Source: Octopus vulgaris (taxonomy: Eukaryota). Taken from it: 64,000 bases of DNA. The notes beneath the pieces are model-generated. The model saw only the letters and a list, made by a program, of their open reading frames with translations, had not been told where the DNA came from and did no database searches. This document shows positions 1 through 15,699 of this stretch, piece after piece. The DNA lies in the NCBI GenBank assembly GCA_951406725.2, contig OX597825.1:73470001-73534000 (forward strand), read 5' to 3'. The number at the start of each line of letters is the position of its first letter. Position 1 is the first letter of the stretch. Position numbers and translations under genes: made by a program.

Positions 1-780
1 CGAAAAGAAAGTATTAAAATGATGACGATGATAGTGATAGATGATATGGAAAAAGGACATTTTCCTGGTAGCTTCACCAAACCAACCACTTACCTTCTAG
101 GCTAGCTTTGTTATCTCCCTTTTATGTTAAGCTCTCTTGTGTCATGACTTTGCAAGAACAAGATAAGGTTCAATATCTAAGTATGGTGTGAAACTCAGTT
201 TTAGCAGCTGGCTCAGGTTTTGTAGCGCAACTTCATGGGAGAGTATGGAACAGAGAGAATTCTGCAGAAGTTGCTATAGTAACTAGATCAACGACAAACA
301 GACAGACAGGCAGACAGATACACACACACACACACACACATACACATGCAAATGCTTGAGGACTCAGAGTATGTGTGCACATATACACTGAAATAGGAAG
401 ACAGACTTACAGGAATAGACACAGACTCAGACACACATGTGGGAGAACACACACTTAGAGGAATATACATACATATAGACACACATAGAGGCACAAAGGA
501 ATACATACGCATACATGTGAACATATGCATGCACAGACACAGATAATACGCTGCACATTGGATATATATTATGGCTAGATCAATACCACGAGACATACGG
601 ACAAATAGATATACATATATACATATATTTGTATATATATACATAATACATACATAATACACACAAACACACATGCATATGTGTATATATATATGGACAT
701 ACACACACACATACATATGTATATCTGTCTATCCATTTATCTATATGTATATATATATATATAGATAGATATATAATATA

Positions 781-872
<92 letters not shown>

Positions 873-1211
873 TAGATAGATAGATATAGATATATATATA
901 TACATAGATAGATAGATATATAATATATATATATATACATACAATCGTATATACATGCATACTTACATACATAAACACACAAACATACATACACATATAC
1001 ACACATATACATATTTACACACAGACATGCATACATATATACATACAAATACATATACATACATACATACATACATACACACATATATACATACATACAT
1101 ACATACATACATACATACATGCATACATACATACATACATACACACACATAAATACATGCATGCATACACTGATATACAGACAGAAATTGATACATATGC
1201 CAACAGGCAAT

Positions 1212-1246
<35 letters not shown>

Positions 1247-1484
1247 TCTGGATTCCAATAATTTCTGACTATATCACTTCTCGTTCTGTGAAGCAATATT
1301 AATGCCAACAGCCTGTCCACAATAAAGACGGTAATTTATGTGTCACTAACAGCAAAAATATCCATCAACTCTACACACAGCTAATGGCTTAAACCATATG
1401 CTCGCTTTCTCTCACTCTTTATCTCTCTATGTGTGTGCATTTATATATATATATATATATATAAATGCACACACATAGATATAC

Positions 1485-1579
<95 letters not shown>

Positions 1580-1653
1580 GTATAATATATATACACATAT
1601 GTATAATACATACACACAAATTATATATATATACACATATATTATATATAAAT

Positions 1654-1691
<38 letters not shown>

Positions 1692-1802
1692 TTTTTTTCT
1701 CTAGTTTCAGCTCAGAGCTGCGACCATTCTGATGCACCCCTGTTTTGCTACACTGTTATTACTAAGAGCCTCTTCTAATATGTGACACTTGGTGAAGAAT
1801 AG

Positions 1803-1857
<55 letters not shown>

Positions 1858-1957
1858 CATACATACATACATATATAAACATATGTATTTTACTTTTGGA
1901 TTTGGTTTGCAAGGTTCTTTATGTGAGTTCGGGTGTTGAAGCATATTCTTTTGTGTC

Positions 1958-2100
1958 TGGGGAGAGTCATTCTCTTTTAGTTATCGAAGCTTGAATTATG
2001 GACAGAGTCAATGACTAGAAAAATTAATAAGTAAGTGAGTGGAAATTTTACCGGTGAGTGTGTTAAATTACAAGGCACTAAAAGAGAATGACTCTCCCCA
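1958..2100. repeat. Perfect 24-bp inverted repeat with 95-nt spacer
   Basis: tggggagagtcattctcttttagt (1958-1981) / actaaaagagaatgactctcccca (2077-2100). Confidence 0.9.
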
Positions 2101-3003
2101 TATAGATATATATATATACACACACAATTATATATATATGTACACACACACACATATATTGTAATTTGGGATGGTCATGTTACTAGTTTAGCTAATTCAC
2201 TATATATTTGGTGTTCATTTGCTTCATCTTTATTATATATTAATTGTATTTTGGCCAGAGCTTTTTCATCACACTTCTGTGATGAAGGTGTATGGTTTAA
2301 TGGCTCAGTGGTTATGGTATTGCAGCTGTAATAGAAAGATTGTGGTTTCAATTCCTAGACTGGCCTTATGTTGCTCCAGCCTACTCCATTCAGTGGGAAT
2401 GTTTGTCTGCTCACCTAGCCAGTGAGATGGCATACATTGAAAGCTACAACATTAAAAGGAAGCGCATTGTGACCAGTGGTGTATAAAAGCATTTGGTACT
2501 CTGGTTGATACATACATACATACATATACACACAGACATACACACACATACATACATACATACATCCACACACATACATAGAGACACATACATACACACA
2601 TATATACATACATGCATATATATATATGTATACGAGCAAAAGGCCCCCCCCCCAACCGTCCAATGGTTGGTGCTGAGTTGTGAAACATTTAAACCAAATT
2701 TTCTCAAAACAACTTGTGTGACTGTCCCATTTTGTGGCATTATTTCAAGCCAGCAGGCTTTTTTTGCGCAAACTGCACGTGCATTTTCCTTGCGTACACG
2801 TAGTATCAATCGCAACAGCTGATGTACTTGTGCATACAAAAGCACGTTCCCGCAGCTTTATCAATTGCATTCTCACCTAGAATCGATTTTTGTAATTTTT
2901 TCAAGATTTATACACACCCTGATACCATTGGTATCTACATATCAAATTTGAGTGCAATTGGATGGAAGACACAAACACAGACAGACAGAACGGATTTTAT
3001 ATA

Positions 3004-3040
<37 letters not shown>

Positions 3041-4352
3041 AGTGAGAATTTCTATTTTCATCTGTCAAATTCTGTCCTCAAAGGTCAGCCTCAAGCTATA
3101 GTTGAAGACACCCAAGGCACAATGTATATACATTAATTATGATATACAGTTAGCTATTTTAATTTAATGCTGCTCCTACTGTGTTCACTGGATTGCACAG
3201 AGAATATTTTTTTAGAATTTAAAGTGCTGGAGCAAATATGTTAATAAATTTAGTCATTTTTTGTAACCTAAATACTAAAAGTACTTTTGTTATTAAAACT
3301 CTGAACAAAGCATTATAAATCACTATTTCCTACAACATGAGATTTTAAAATATTTCTTCAGTTTTATTCAATATTTTGTCATTTTGATGCTAACAATCAC
3401 AAGATACTTCGGAGCCTGTTTTCAAAGATGTATTTTGTCAGGTAAGCATTATCGTGTTGTGTTAAATAAAAAACACAGGTGACACCTATATAATCGTAAA
3501 TTATTGGTTTCTGTTAAAAATACGGAATATAAAATTGAAATCAATCTTTTTTCACTTTAATCTTCGTGACAATTAAACAGAATTAAAAATATTTTATGAT
3601 ATATCAAATTAATCAAATTTTATAAATGATGGAGTAGCTTTTCAAAGAATTTAATCTTCCAAGGAAAGAGTTGCATGAAATTGGATTAAAAAAGATTTGC
3701 AAAAGATTTTATTAACAAGGGACGGTGATTCTTGGAAATGAGATAAAAGAAGAAAAACTTTGGCAAATATGTTATAGCTTTCTAGGATAATAACAAATCA
3801 TCTTCATATCGTCATTTTATTAGATTTAATTTTTTTTAGAGAATGAGAGAGACGGAAAGAGATAGTGCGGTTAGTAGAAATAAATTGTCCATTGAAGAAT
3901 AACATTTGCAGTCGGTATAATTGTGGATGTTTTGAGTGTTTGTTAAAGAATTTTATTTTGTGTGAAATATGAAGTTTGGACGAAACTAAGTACATCTCAT
4001 CTATCAAAAATGAAAGAAAAATACTAAAATTGTGGTTTATAAATTGTTGACAATAAATTTGACAGACATGTTGTTTGTATGTCAGGGGAAGTGATTTATG
4101 GACTGGTTGTGTGTACATTGAGATATGTCTGTAAATAGATATGCACACACATACACACACACAGAGAAATACACACACACACACACACAGAAATACACAC
4201 ATACATAAGTTTTTGTAATGCAAATAGGAGAAATAGAACTCAATACATAAAATAGAATACAACAACAAAGCAAAGGCATAGAGTTTCCCATTTTCTCATG
4301 TAACTCTATGCCATTGAGTCACTTATGTAGCTTAAGAATCAATAAAGATCTG

Positions 4353-4409
<57 letters not shown>

Positions 4410-6604
4410 TACATATGCATATCATCATCATCGTCATCATTTAATGTCTGTTTTCCATGCTGGGATGGTTTGGATAGTTTAACTGAAAACTGATAAACCA
4501 GGGAGCTGCACCAGGTTCCAGTCTGATTTGGCAAGGTTTCTACAGCTGGATGCCCTCCCTAATGCCAACCACTCCAAGAGAGTAGTGGGTGTTTATTACA
4601 TTCCAGGACCTCTTGAGAGTCAACGGCCATCCAATAAATTTCTTAAGGCAGTATCATGCGCAGGGACATAGAAATAATCGGACTGAATACCCGATCGCAC
4701 AGCTAAACCATTGGGAGTGAAGGACTCCTGGCCTTTGTTTGGGCATCTTTCTAGGAGAAGGTAACTCAGGTAACTGGGATAACTCCGACATAAAACTTGC
4801 GGCTCAGTGGTTACCGATGATGTTGACTTGTTCTTCTTTTTGGATTATGGCTGCTGTTGCTTAGTGAGTGGGATTGACTCAGTGCACAGCCTTTCCTCAC
4901 TTTAAAAAAAAATCTTCTTGCACAGGCATTGCATGATAACATTGATTAAGCTTCGTGCAATGGCCATACTCGATAAAGAGGGGGCGGCCACCATGTATAT
5001 ATGCATGTATATGAATAAGTCTACCTGGAACCATCCAACAACATCTATAAATCAATCAATATGAGAACTTTTATGTGATCACTTGACCTGCAAGAAATAG
5101 TAGCCAAATTTCACTCTAAATACATCCCACTGGCTCTAAAAATAATATTACATGAAATGAGATCATTCTAGGTACAATGAGTTTGAATATAAATGAAATG
5201 GTCATGGCTGGAATGTCTTTAATTTTAATTGCACTCAATAATGGCTGACTTGGAGTAAAATAACAAACAAAAAATAAACAGCAGAAAATTCTTTCTCAAA
5301 TTACATACTGTACTCTTAAAAAGAAATAAGGGTCACTTAACATATTATAGTTCTAAATATTCTATATTGCATAGGGCAACAGGGAAATGTAGCATGTTTG
5401 ATGCAATATCACATCAAATTCTTAGGGGTAGTTGGTCCACTTTGGTCTCCACTCAGTACCCGACTCTCACCTGTAGCTCCAAGAAGCTATCAGCATGCAA
5501 CAGTGGCCACACTCCGATAAACCACTTTGTCTAAGAGGCTAAACCAATTAAGGTCAGCCGACAGGTATGTAACTCTTGGTGAGTTAGGGCTTGCCTACCT
5601 ATGCATGTGAAGAATGGATTCAGTGGACCCTGTAAAAGAAACCTTCATGGTTCAATAGAGGAGAAGACAGCTGTGGAAATGCAGAAGTCTCAATGGATTG
5701 CAAAGAGCAAGATGTGGCAAGTATGACATCTTGGTCATCTACTGCATCTGTTTCAATCCCTAGTCACCTAGACCTAGTCGTGCCCCTGGATTGCAGATTG
5801 TTATGATTGAAACAAAATCATTGCCCAAGGCACTCGTCATTTCCAGGACGACTTGATGGACATCATCATTCCAATGGATAAACATGTGGGTTTATTCCAT
5901 CATGTTTATTTGATCAAGGCTAATCATGAATCAGGTAACAATAACAACAACAGCATCATCAACAAGCAAATTATTCCTAGCTATAATGAAATAAAGAGGT
6001 TTGAAAAACAGATAAAGGAACAGGCATGACCAAGGAACAAGACCAGGTGAACAATCAATTAAAAATCAAACTGATCTATTGATCTATTTTAATCAACAGC
6101 ATGCGATCTGTTTGTATGGCAATAATTGGATAAAAACAATCAAACAGACAAATAAATTCACATGCAAAATTTCCTTGCCAAAATAATCCATCATGTTAAA
6201 ATATCTCTTACATGGGCAATGTATGTTTCATGCAGTTGCTAGAGGTAATAACTTGCAGTAATTAATTTCAAAACACATGGAGGAGCATTGAAAATTGAAA
6301 ATAAAAAAAACAAACAAAAATGACATGGAGGATTGATCCTAAAACATGTAGCGCCACATTTGTAAAAAAAAAACACATTCAGCCAATTTGGAAACATGTA
6401 GAACCAATACCAAAACTACGTAGCGCTAATTTAAAAAAAGTATAAAGAATAAATTGAAGTTTGAAATTTGAAATTCTTGTAGCAAAAGTCTCAATAAAAC
6501 ATGTAGCACCAATTCCAGAATAATGTAAAGGAAACCCTTTTACTGCGGAAAACAGATATGCCTACACAGAATTCTATTATCTTTAACTGTGGAAAATAGT
6601 TTTG

Positions 6605-6652
<48 letters not shown>

Positions 6653-7271
6653 CAAAAACAAAAAGACTGAAACAAAACAAATAAAATCAACACAAAATAC
6701 ATTAAGGGTCTAATTTCATGTTTAAAATTGATTTCTCTGACATGTAGCAACATGTAGCATCAGAGAAATATTGTAAAATAACTTGGTGAGAGACAGAGTT
6801 GAAGGAAGGAGAGAATTAAAAGTGGGAAGTGAGTGAGAGAGAGAGAGAGACACAGAGAGAGAGAGAGAGATAAAGGAAGAGAGAGAAAGAGAGAGAGAGA
6901 GAGAGAAACCTTTCTGGTTTTGTGAAACCTAATTTCTCAAGATTGGTATTTAGGCAACGTGTGTGTGTATGTATGTATGTATGTATGTATGTATGTATGT
7001 ATGTGTGTAAGCATGTTTATCTCTGCATGTCTTTGCATCAATGCCACAACACAGGTTGAAGTGCCACTCGACTAGGTCCTACAGTTTGGCAATTTAAAGT
7101 GTGAAGCCCACAGAAATAAAGTGCGTTACTTGAAAGCAAGTCAGGTTAGAAACCTGGAACAGCATCTGGCCATAGAATATGGTCTTTAGAGGCCACAGCA
7201 AACCCATGCCAGCATGGAAAAAAATAAAAACAAAACAGACATAGAAATAACAATGAGGTGACAATGACATA

Positions 7272-7313
<42 letters not shown>

Positions 7314-7314
7314 T

Positions 7315-7351
<37 letters not shown>

Positions 7352-8338
7352 ATTAATCATGATTATACACATCCAGACATGAGAGAGGAAGGATTATGGA
7401 TTATGGATTTATTACTAAGGAAGTAATGACCCCTATTAATTTTATTCCTTTATTAAACTGGAATATCCAACAAAGAAACCGGTACATGATTGCTCAGTCT
7501 GCTAAAAATAGCAGCCCAAATTTGCTCGAATTTTACACCTTATTGTCTCAAAAAAATGAAGGACACATTGAAGGATAGTTTCTTAGATCTACAAAAATGA
7601 GGAGAGGGTCATATTCAGGATGTCTTTGACCTACATTTACTTGATTATGTCTGAGTTGATTCTAAACAAAAACAACATCTACAGGACATTATGCGATTTA
7701 TTTGTAAAGACATGTGGTCTAGTGGTCAAAGTATTGGGCTTACAATCACAAGAACATGGGTTCAATTCTTGGATCAGGTGATCTCTTTGTATCCTTGAGC
7801 AAAGTATTTCATTTTATGCTGCTCCAGAGCCCTCAGCTGAAATTAAACTCCAGCTGGGTGCCAACACAGCCTTCTCTCTCTTAAGTTTACATGTGCGTTA
7901 AATACAGCATTAGAGTATTTTAACTCTTATTTCTAGCAATGTAGGTTTCTAACAACCTAATCGTATTTAGTGATTGTTCTGTAGCATCAAGGGTAAGAGG
8001 GGTCCTTGATAGTGTATTTATGTCTGCTCCCTATCATATGGGTACCTGAAACAATTAACGTAAACTTGGTGTTTGGTGCCAAACCTTGCAGCCTTGCAGG
8101 TGACAGCTATGGGTTTCTTTAACGCTGTCTTTTTACTATTGAATGAAATTCAGTTGTATTGAATGCAATATGCATACAAAGAGGCATGGCTGGTTGGTAA
8201 GAAGTTTACTTCCCAGCCACATGGTTCCAGGTTCAGTCCCACTGCATGGCACCTTGGGTAAGTATCTTCTACTATATAGCCTTGAGCTGACAAAAGCTTT
8301 CCGAGCGGACTTGGTAAATGGAGACTGAAAGAAGCCCT

Positions 8339-8559
8339 TACAATGGGGTACTGAAAAATTCCTAGCTTTGGGTAAAAGAAAACACAGGAGGATCAGTTAA
8401 TTATGATTTTATTTAACTTATTCCCCTCTCAGATTCACACAGTTATGGCAGCAGGCCTTCAGTTCTTCTAAGCCCTGTAAAAGAACTCAGAAGGCTAGGC
8501 ATAAAACCAGGCCTTTCACGACACCCTTAAAGCCAAGAACTTTGCAACACACCCTTGTA
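8339..8559. mobile_element. Mariner-derived MITE
   Basis: Imperfect TIRs tacaatggggtactgaaaaattcctagcttt / aaagccaagaactttgcaacacacccttgta, about 220 bp, TA ends. Confidence 0.7.
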
Positions 8560-8602
8560 TGTTTATATATGTGTGTATGTCTATATGTGGACATATATAT
8601 AC

Positions 8603-8674
<72 letters not shown>

Positions 8675-10230
8675 GCTGTGTGGTTAGGGAGCTTGCTTCC
8701 TAGCTACATGGTTTCGGGTTCAGTCCCACTGCATGGCACTTTGGGTAGGTGTCTTCCACTATAGCCCTGAGCCGACCGGAGCTTTGTGATTGAATTCGGT
8801 AGGTGGAAGTTACTGCCGTGTGTGTATGTGTGCGTATAGCTGCTCAGTGCCTCTCCGAAAGAGAGAGAGGGATATATATATATATTTATATTACTAAATG
8901 TGATTAGGTTGTTAGAAACCTACATTGCTAGATATAAGAGTTAAAATGCTCTAATGCTGTAGTTAATGCACATGAATGAAGGCATATTCTAACAGGGATG
9001 ATAATAGTCCGAAAAGTGCATGGCTGTAGTCCAATGACTGGAACAAGCAAAAGCTACACATACACACACACATATACACACACATACACACACACTATAT
9101 ATGCACTATGCACACACATACTCAATATGCACAGCATTCATACAATACATACGCACATACAATATACATACAATACACATATGCAATGCACACAGAAAAC
9201 ACATATACAATACACATATACACACACACACATCCACACACACATGCACAACATACAAACACATTAAAATACACAAAAGGAATATATACATACAGAATAG
9301 AATCCCACATATACGCACACATATACAATACAGATACAGAAGATACACACACAGTCCATGTACACACACAATGCACACAAATACACACACACACACACAC
9401 AAACATATTATACTGATGCAATACATAACACTGATACATAATACTCACACATACATACACACAAATATACACATACAAACATATACAGCTTACACAGGTA
9501 CACATATACAGACACACACATATACAGCATACATGAGTACACATGCATATACACACATATACAGTATACACAGGTACACATACATACACACACAAAACCA
9601 GGACACATATTTTGTCTTGTAATGAAAGTGTGATTAGAATTTGTGTGAGAACCAATTCTTGATTCCAGTAAACTTTTCACCTTTGACCTCAACACTACTT
9701 TAAATTCGGCATTATTGATCTTCCCTGGTATATCTTCTCTTTCAGTTATTGATTTTTTTTTCCTTCATCAATGAAATTCCATTTATTTTAAATATTTGAT
9801 TTTAGAAAAGTTTTATAGTATTAGAAATATTTTCTTGGAGAACTCATGGCTATGGCTGTTGTTGTTGTTGTTGGTGGTGGTGATGGTGGCGTTGGTTCTG
9901 AGGATGTGTAATTATGTTTTTGTGTGTGTGTGTGTGTACGTGTATATGCATGTGTATACGTGTAGGTGCGTGGGCGTTTATGTGTGTGCATGATTACGCA
10001 TCGATGAGTGTATGACTGTATATGTGTGAGAGAATGCGTGTGTGGATATGTGCGCATGTGTAAGTGAGTGTGTGCATGTGTACTTGTGAGTATGTGTGAG
10101 CGTGTGCGTGTGTGAGATGGAGGTGAAGGTGTGTGTTGAGGGAGATGTACATATGTGCTTATATATATTTATTCATTTATTCTTTGTCAGACTGTTTAAA
10201 TTGAAGAAAACTATGTATATACACCAGAAT

Positions 10231-10261
<31 letters not shown>

Positions 10262-10372
10262 CACATGCATACATACATATATATATGCATATATATATAT
10301 AGGTATATATATATAGATATATAGATATATATACATACACATACATGTATATACATATATATATATATATTC

Positions 10373-10404
<32 letters not shown>

Positions 10405-10406
10405 TC

Positions 10407-10458
<52 letters not shown>

Positions 10459-11234
10459 AAACATATACATATATATATATAGATGTATATATATGTATGT
10501 GTGCATATGTATATCTATATATATATGTGTATGTGTGTGTGTGTGTGTATATACACACACACATACATATACATATATATATATATATATACATGCATAT
10601 AGATAGTCTTAGCCAGACATTTTTCTAATTGTTGTAATTGAAGGAAAAAACATGTAACTGATGTTATTACACGAATGTTTATAAACAGAGAAATGGACAA
10701 CAAGAAACTGTGTGATATAAACATATATTTTTAGCTTCCATAAAATCTCTGCAGTGCAGGTGAATGGTTTAATGGGTTCAAACCTAAGGTATGGCATCTA
10801 GGGCCAAATGTCATTTTATATTGCTTTGGCCGACCTGTACCTTGTGAATGAAACTGGGCAGAAAGGAACTGTAGAAGTTTGTACCTGATATTCATAAAGG
10901 TAAAGCCTTGTCACACATACTTTGCCATGCTGATTCTGCCGGAGAATTACATAAGGGGTACACATGTCTGTGGAATACTCAGCCACTTATATGTTAAATC
11001 AGGAGCAGGTAATTCAGTTGATCAAACAACTGAATCCTCATCACCAAATGATGGAGATCCACCATTCTTTGCCCCCACAGACTGTAGGGTGGGAGCTGGT
11101 TTGTTACACCCTTCCCGCTATTGACCATATCATCATACTGTGGCATATGTATTTATAGGTGCAAACATAGCTGTATGGTAAGAAGTTTGCTTCCCAATTG
11201 CATGGTTTCAGGTTCAGTCCCACTGTGCTAAAAT

Positions 11235-11400
11235 TTCTCATTTTACTTTCCTCATTAAAATTTTCTGCTAAAATTTTCCACTAAAAATTCCCATTAAAAT
11301 TTCCTTCTAAAATTTCCCACTAAAAATTCCCATTAAAATTTCCTGCTAAAATTTCCCACTAAAAATTCCTGTTAAAATTTCCCATTAAAATTTCATGTTA
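11235..11400. repeat. AT-rich minisatellite, 12-13-bp subunits (taaaatttcccac-like) with about 38-bp higher order
   Basis: Repeated ccactaaaaattcccattaaaatttcc. Confidence 0.85.
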
Positions 11401-11769
11401 ATTCATGTTCCAAACACCAGCTTAATAATGACAAAACTTATTCTACTATATTCCTCATTATTCTCAAAATTTAATTGAGACAGTGGTGTGTATTTCAAGA
11501 GGAATATGGGAAGAAAAGATTAAAACCTTCCATCAAAATTTTATGTTAGCTCAAGTTCTAATTTATTAAATTCTTCAATATTTCCAAACTAAACTGAAAC
11601 AACCGTAGTGCATTCCAAGAGGAATACAGTAACGAAAAGGTTAAAGGACGTATTATATTCGCATCTGGAACCCAGGTGATATTCTTAGACATTTTTTGGG
11701 GAAAAAAGTGCATCTTATATGCCATCAAATATAGTAATTCTTTATATTTTTCATGCAAACAAGGCATTG

Positions 11770-12055
11770 TTTGTTCCTTCTTGAGCCATGCCTGGCTCAA
11801 GAAGGTTCGGTTTCCCATTTCTTTGGTTTATAGGTTCCCCACCTGGACGGGACGCCGGTCCGTTGCAGGTGAGCTGCAAGATGCAGGAAGAAAGAGTGAG
11901 AGAAGGCTGTGGCGAAAGCGTCAGCAGAAGTTCACCATTACCTTCTGCTGGAGTCGCGTGGAGCTTAGGTGTTTTGCTCATAAATACACACATTGGCTGG
12001 TCTGAGACTCGAACCCGCGATCCCTCGACCGCGAGTCTGCTGCTCTAACCACAAA
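11770..12055 (-). mobile_element. tRNA-headed SINE (family D)
   Basis: Minus strand begins gtggttagagcagcagactcgcggtcgagggatcgcgggttcgagtctcagacc (A and B boxes). Related diverged heads at about 2300, 7710, 16560-16790, 30070 and 45630. Confidence 0.7.
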
Positions 12056-12258
12056 TAAGGCATTGAGCTGGCGGAATCATTATCCCATTGAGCTAAATTG
12101 CTTGGCAGCATTTTGTCCATCTTAATATTCTGTCTCAGTTCAAAATCTGCCAAAGTCTACTTTGTCTTTCATCCTTCCAGCGTTTATGTAAACAAATCAA
12201 TACCTTCAAACTTGTTGGCCTGGTGCCAAAATTTGAAACCAATACTATCCATGAACAT

Positions 12259-12664
12259 ACTCTTTTACTCTTTTACTTGCTTCAGTCAATTGACTGTGGC
12301 CATGCTGGAGCACCGCCTTTAGTCGAGCAAATCAACCCCAGGACTTATTCTGTGTAAGCCTAGTACTTATTCTATCGGTCCCTTTTGCTGAACTGCTAAG
12401 TTACAGGGACATAAACACACCAGCATCTGTTGTCAAGTGATGTTGGGGGGAGGGGGAACAAATACAGACACAAACATATACACACATATACACACATATA
12501 TATATACATATATACGACAGGCTTCTTTCAGTTTCTGTCTACCAAATCCACTCACAAGGCTTTGATCGGCCTGAGGCTATAGTAGAAGACATTTGTCCAA
12601 GGTGCCACACAGTAGGACTGAACCCAAAAATATGTGGTTTGTAAGCAAGCTACTTACTACACAG
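12259..12664 (-). mobile_element. SINE family A
   Basis: Reverse complement of the family A sequence. Confidence 0.85.
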
Positions 12665-12874
12665 GATTTTCAATTTCTTTTCTTCTTTTTACCTTATCTT
12701 TTCACAGACTCACCAAACCAAACCAAACCATTTTTTTCTAATTAAATGCTCAAAATGATTTAGTTTTTTCTCTTTGATGGAATTTAATAAAATGTTTTTA
12801 AATTTGTCTCCCTAAGAAATTCACCAATGGTTTTCTGATCTGCCCTTGATATTCTCAAAATTCTTGTAGTTTGC

Positions 12875-13270
12875 TTTGTAATGACATGGTCTCTGGTTCA
12901 GTCCTACTGCATGGCACCTTAGGTAAATATCTTCTACTATAGCCTCGGGTCTACCAAAGCCTTGTGAGTGGATTTGGTAGATGGAAACTGAAAGAAGCCT
13001 GTCATATATATGTATATGTTCATATATATATGTGTGTGTGTGTTTATGTGTTTGTGTGTCTGTGTTTGTACCCCCAGCATCGCTTGACAACCGATGCTGG
13101 TGTGCTTATGTCCCCGTAACTTAGCGGTTCAGCAAAAGACACCGATAGAATAAGTGTTAGGCTTACAAAGAATAAGTCATGGGATCAATTTGCTTGACTA
13201 AAGGTGGTGCTCCAGCATGGCCACAGTCAAATGACTGAAACAAGTAAAAGAGTAAGAGAGTAAAGAGAAT
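12875..13270 (+). mobile_element. SINE family A
   Basis: Colinear with 51050-51450, 5' end eroded. Confidence 0.85.
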
Positions 13271-13739
13271 AACTTAGAAGTTTGGTATAAAGAGGCTGAA
13301 AGAATTAGTACAAAATTAAAAAAAATAAAGACTTAAAATAATCATTGGAGTCAATTTGTTTGATTAAAACGCTTCAAGGCAGTGCTCCAGTATGACCAAA
13401 GTCCAGTGACTGAAACAAATAAAAGATGAAAGATAAACATTCACTGCATTCTAAAGTCTGTCTAATTCTTGATATTTTTCATCCAAATAATTCTTCGTTT
13501 GTTTGTTTGTTTTTGTATTTCCGTTTCCTCTCTTTCGATTTTTTCCTGCCATCAATTAACAGACCCACTTAACCATTTTTTTTATTCAAATCAAACACTC
13601 AAAATAATTTACATTCCTCTCTCTCTCTCTTAGTTGGCATTTAATAAAATATTCTTAGATTTGCCATTCTCAGAACTTCATCAATGCTTCTGTACTCTGC
13701 GCCACTTCCAATATCTTCATCTCAAAGTCTTCTAATCTA

Positions 13740-14162
13740 CGTGCTGTGGGCACGTAACAAACACCATCCGATCGTGGCCATTCGCCAGCCTCGTCTGGCA
13801 CCTGTGTCGGTGGCACATAAAAAACACCATCCGAGCGTGGCCGTTGCCAGCCTCATCTGGCACCTGTGTCGGTGGCACATAAAAAACACCATCCGAGCGT
13901 GGCCGTCTGCCAGCCTCGTCTGGTACCTGTGTCGGTGGCACATAAAAAACACCATCCGAGCGTGGCCGTTCGCCAGCCTCGTCTGGCACCTGTGTCGGTG
14001 GCACATAAAATCACCCACTACACTCTCGGAGTGGTTGGCGTTAGGAAGGGCATCCAGCTGTAGAAACACTGCCAGATCTGACTGGCCTGGTGCAGCCTTC
14101 GGGCTTGCCAGACCCCAGTTGAACCGTCCAACCCATGCTAGCATGGAAAGCGGAAGTTAAAC

Positions 14163-14198
<36 letters not shown>
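13740..14198 (+). mobile_element. Family C retroposon 3' part with internal 63-bp tandem repeat
   Basis: Shared family C tail and (GAT)n end. Four units start at 13761, 13824, 13886 and 13949. Confidence 0.8.
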
Positions 14199-14500
14199 AT
14201 TACAGTTGTTAACGTCCATGTTTCATCTCTAAAAACCGAAGTGGACCTGACGTACCATTTTAGACTTTTTCTCCTGGTTTCAATATAAATGTTTCTTTAA
14301 GTTTGTAATGTTTGATGTGTTTTCAAACAATTTTCTGGCAATCTCCAATCCTTCATTTGATTTCCGCTTTACATTTCTTGTTTTCCAGTGTTATAAAGAA
14401 CATGTCTATGCACATATAAAAGCTTGGTGTTGTACACTTCTATGTTTATTGCCAGCCAGTCTTTATGCAGGTTACGAGCTTTTTTCTCTCTGTACATGTA

Positions 14501-14605
<105 letters not shown>

Positions 14606-14618
14606 GTCTATCTATCTA

Positions 14619-14703
<85 letters not shown>

Positions 14704-15358
14704 TTGTCTGTCTGTCTATGTATGTATGTATGCATGTATGTGTGTATGTATATATGTATCTGTCAGTCTGTCTGTCTATCCATCTATCTATCTATCTATC
14801 TATCTATATGTCTATCTATTTGTCTGTAAATCTACCTGTCTCTCTATTTGTCCATCCATCTGTCTGTCCGTCCATCTGTCTATCTATCTATTCATCTGTC
14901 TATCAATCTGTCTACATGTCTGCATGCCTCCTGCCTATCTGTCTTTCTAATTGCTAGTCTGTCTGCCTGTCTGTCTGTCTGGTTGTCTGTCTGTCTGATA
15001 TTAAGGCACTAGAAAGTTGGACAAAATGCCTTGTGGTGTTTCTTTTGGCTCTTTATGCTTTGAGTTCAGATCCCCTTCAAAGACAACTTTGCATTTCATT
15101 TCTTCAGGGTCAATAAAATAAAGGATCCCTTAAGTACAGAAGCTGAAGGTATAGATTAATCCAACCACTTACAATTGTTGGTCATCATAATCATCATCAT
15201 CATCATTATCATCAACACCAACATAATTACCATTACCGCTACCATCACCATCATTGATATCCACATCATCACCACTGTCATTTTTCTCAGCATCCCACAC
15301 ATCTTTCATCATCCTCTTCATCATCATCATTTACTGTTTGTTTTCCGTGTTGCCATGG

Positions 15359-15522
<164 letters not shown>

Positions 15523-15699
15523 GTGTGTTTTAAATAAAATTACTTAAAAGACAAGTTAAAACTCATCTCTGGTGATGAGATATCATCTATTTCCTTGAAA
15601 CAGCTGTAAGGCCACCTTTCTATTAATAAGTGTCCTAGGAATATCCCATTACCTTGACCTTGTTACCTTATTTCATTTAACATATACATGCTCACACAC

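Noticed and set aside
13755-14010. CRISPR-like regular repeat
   Set aside because: Head-to-tail tandem units without unique spacers, in a eukaryotic retroposon, with no cas genes.
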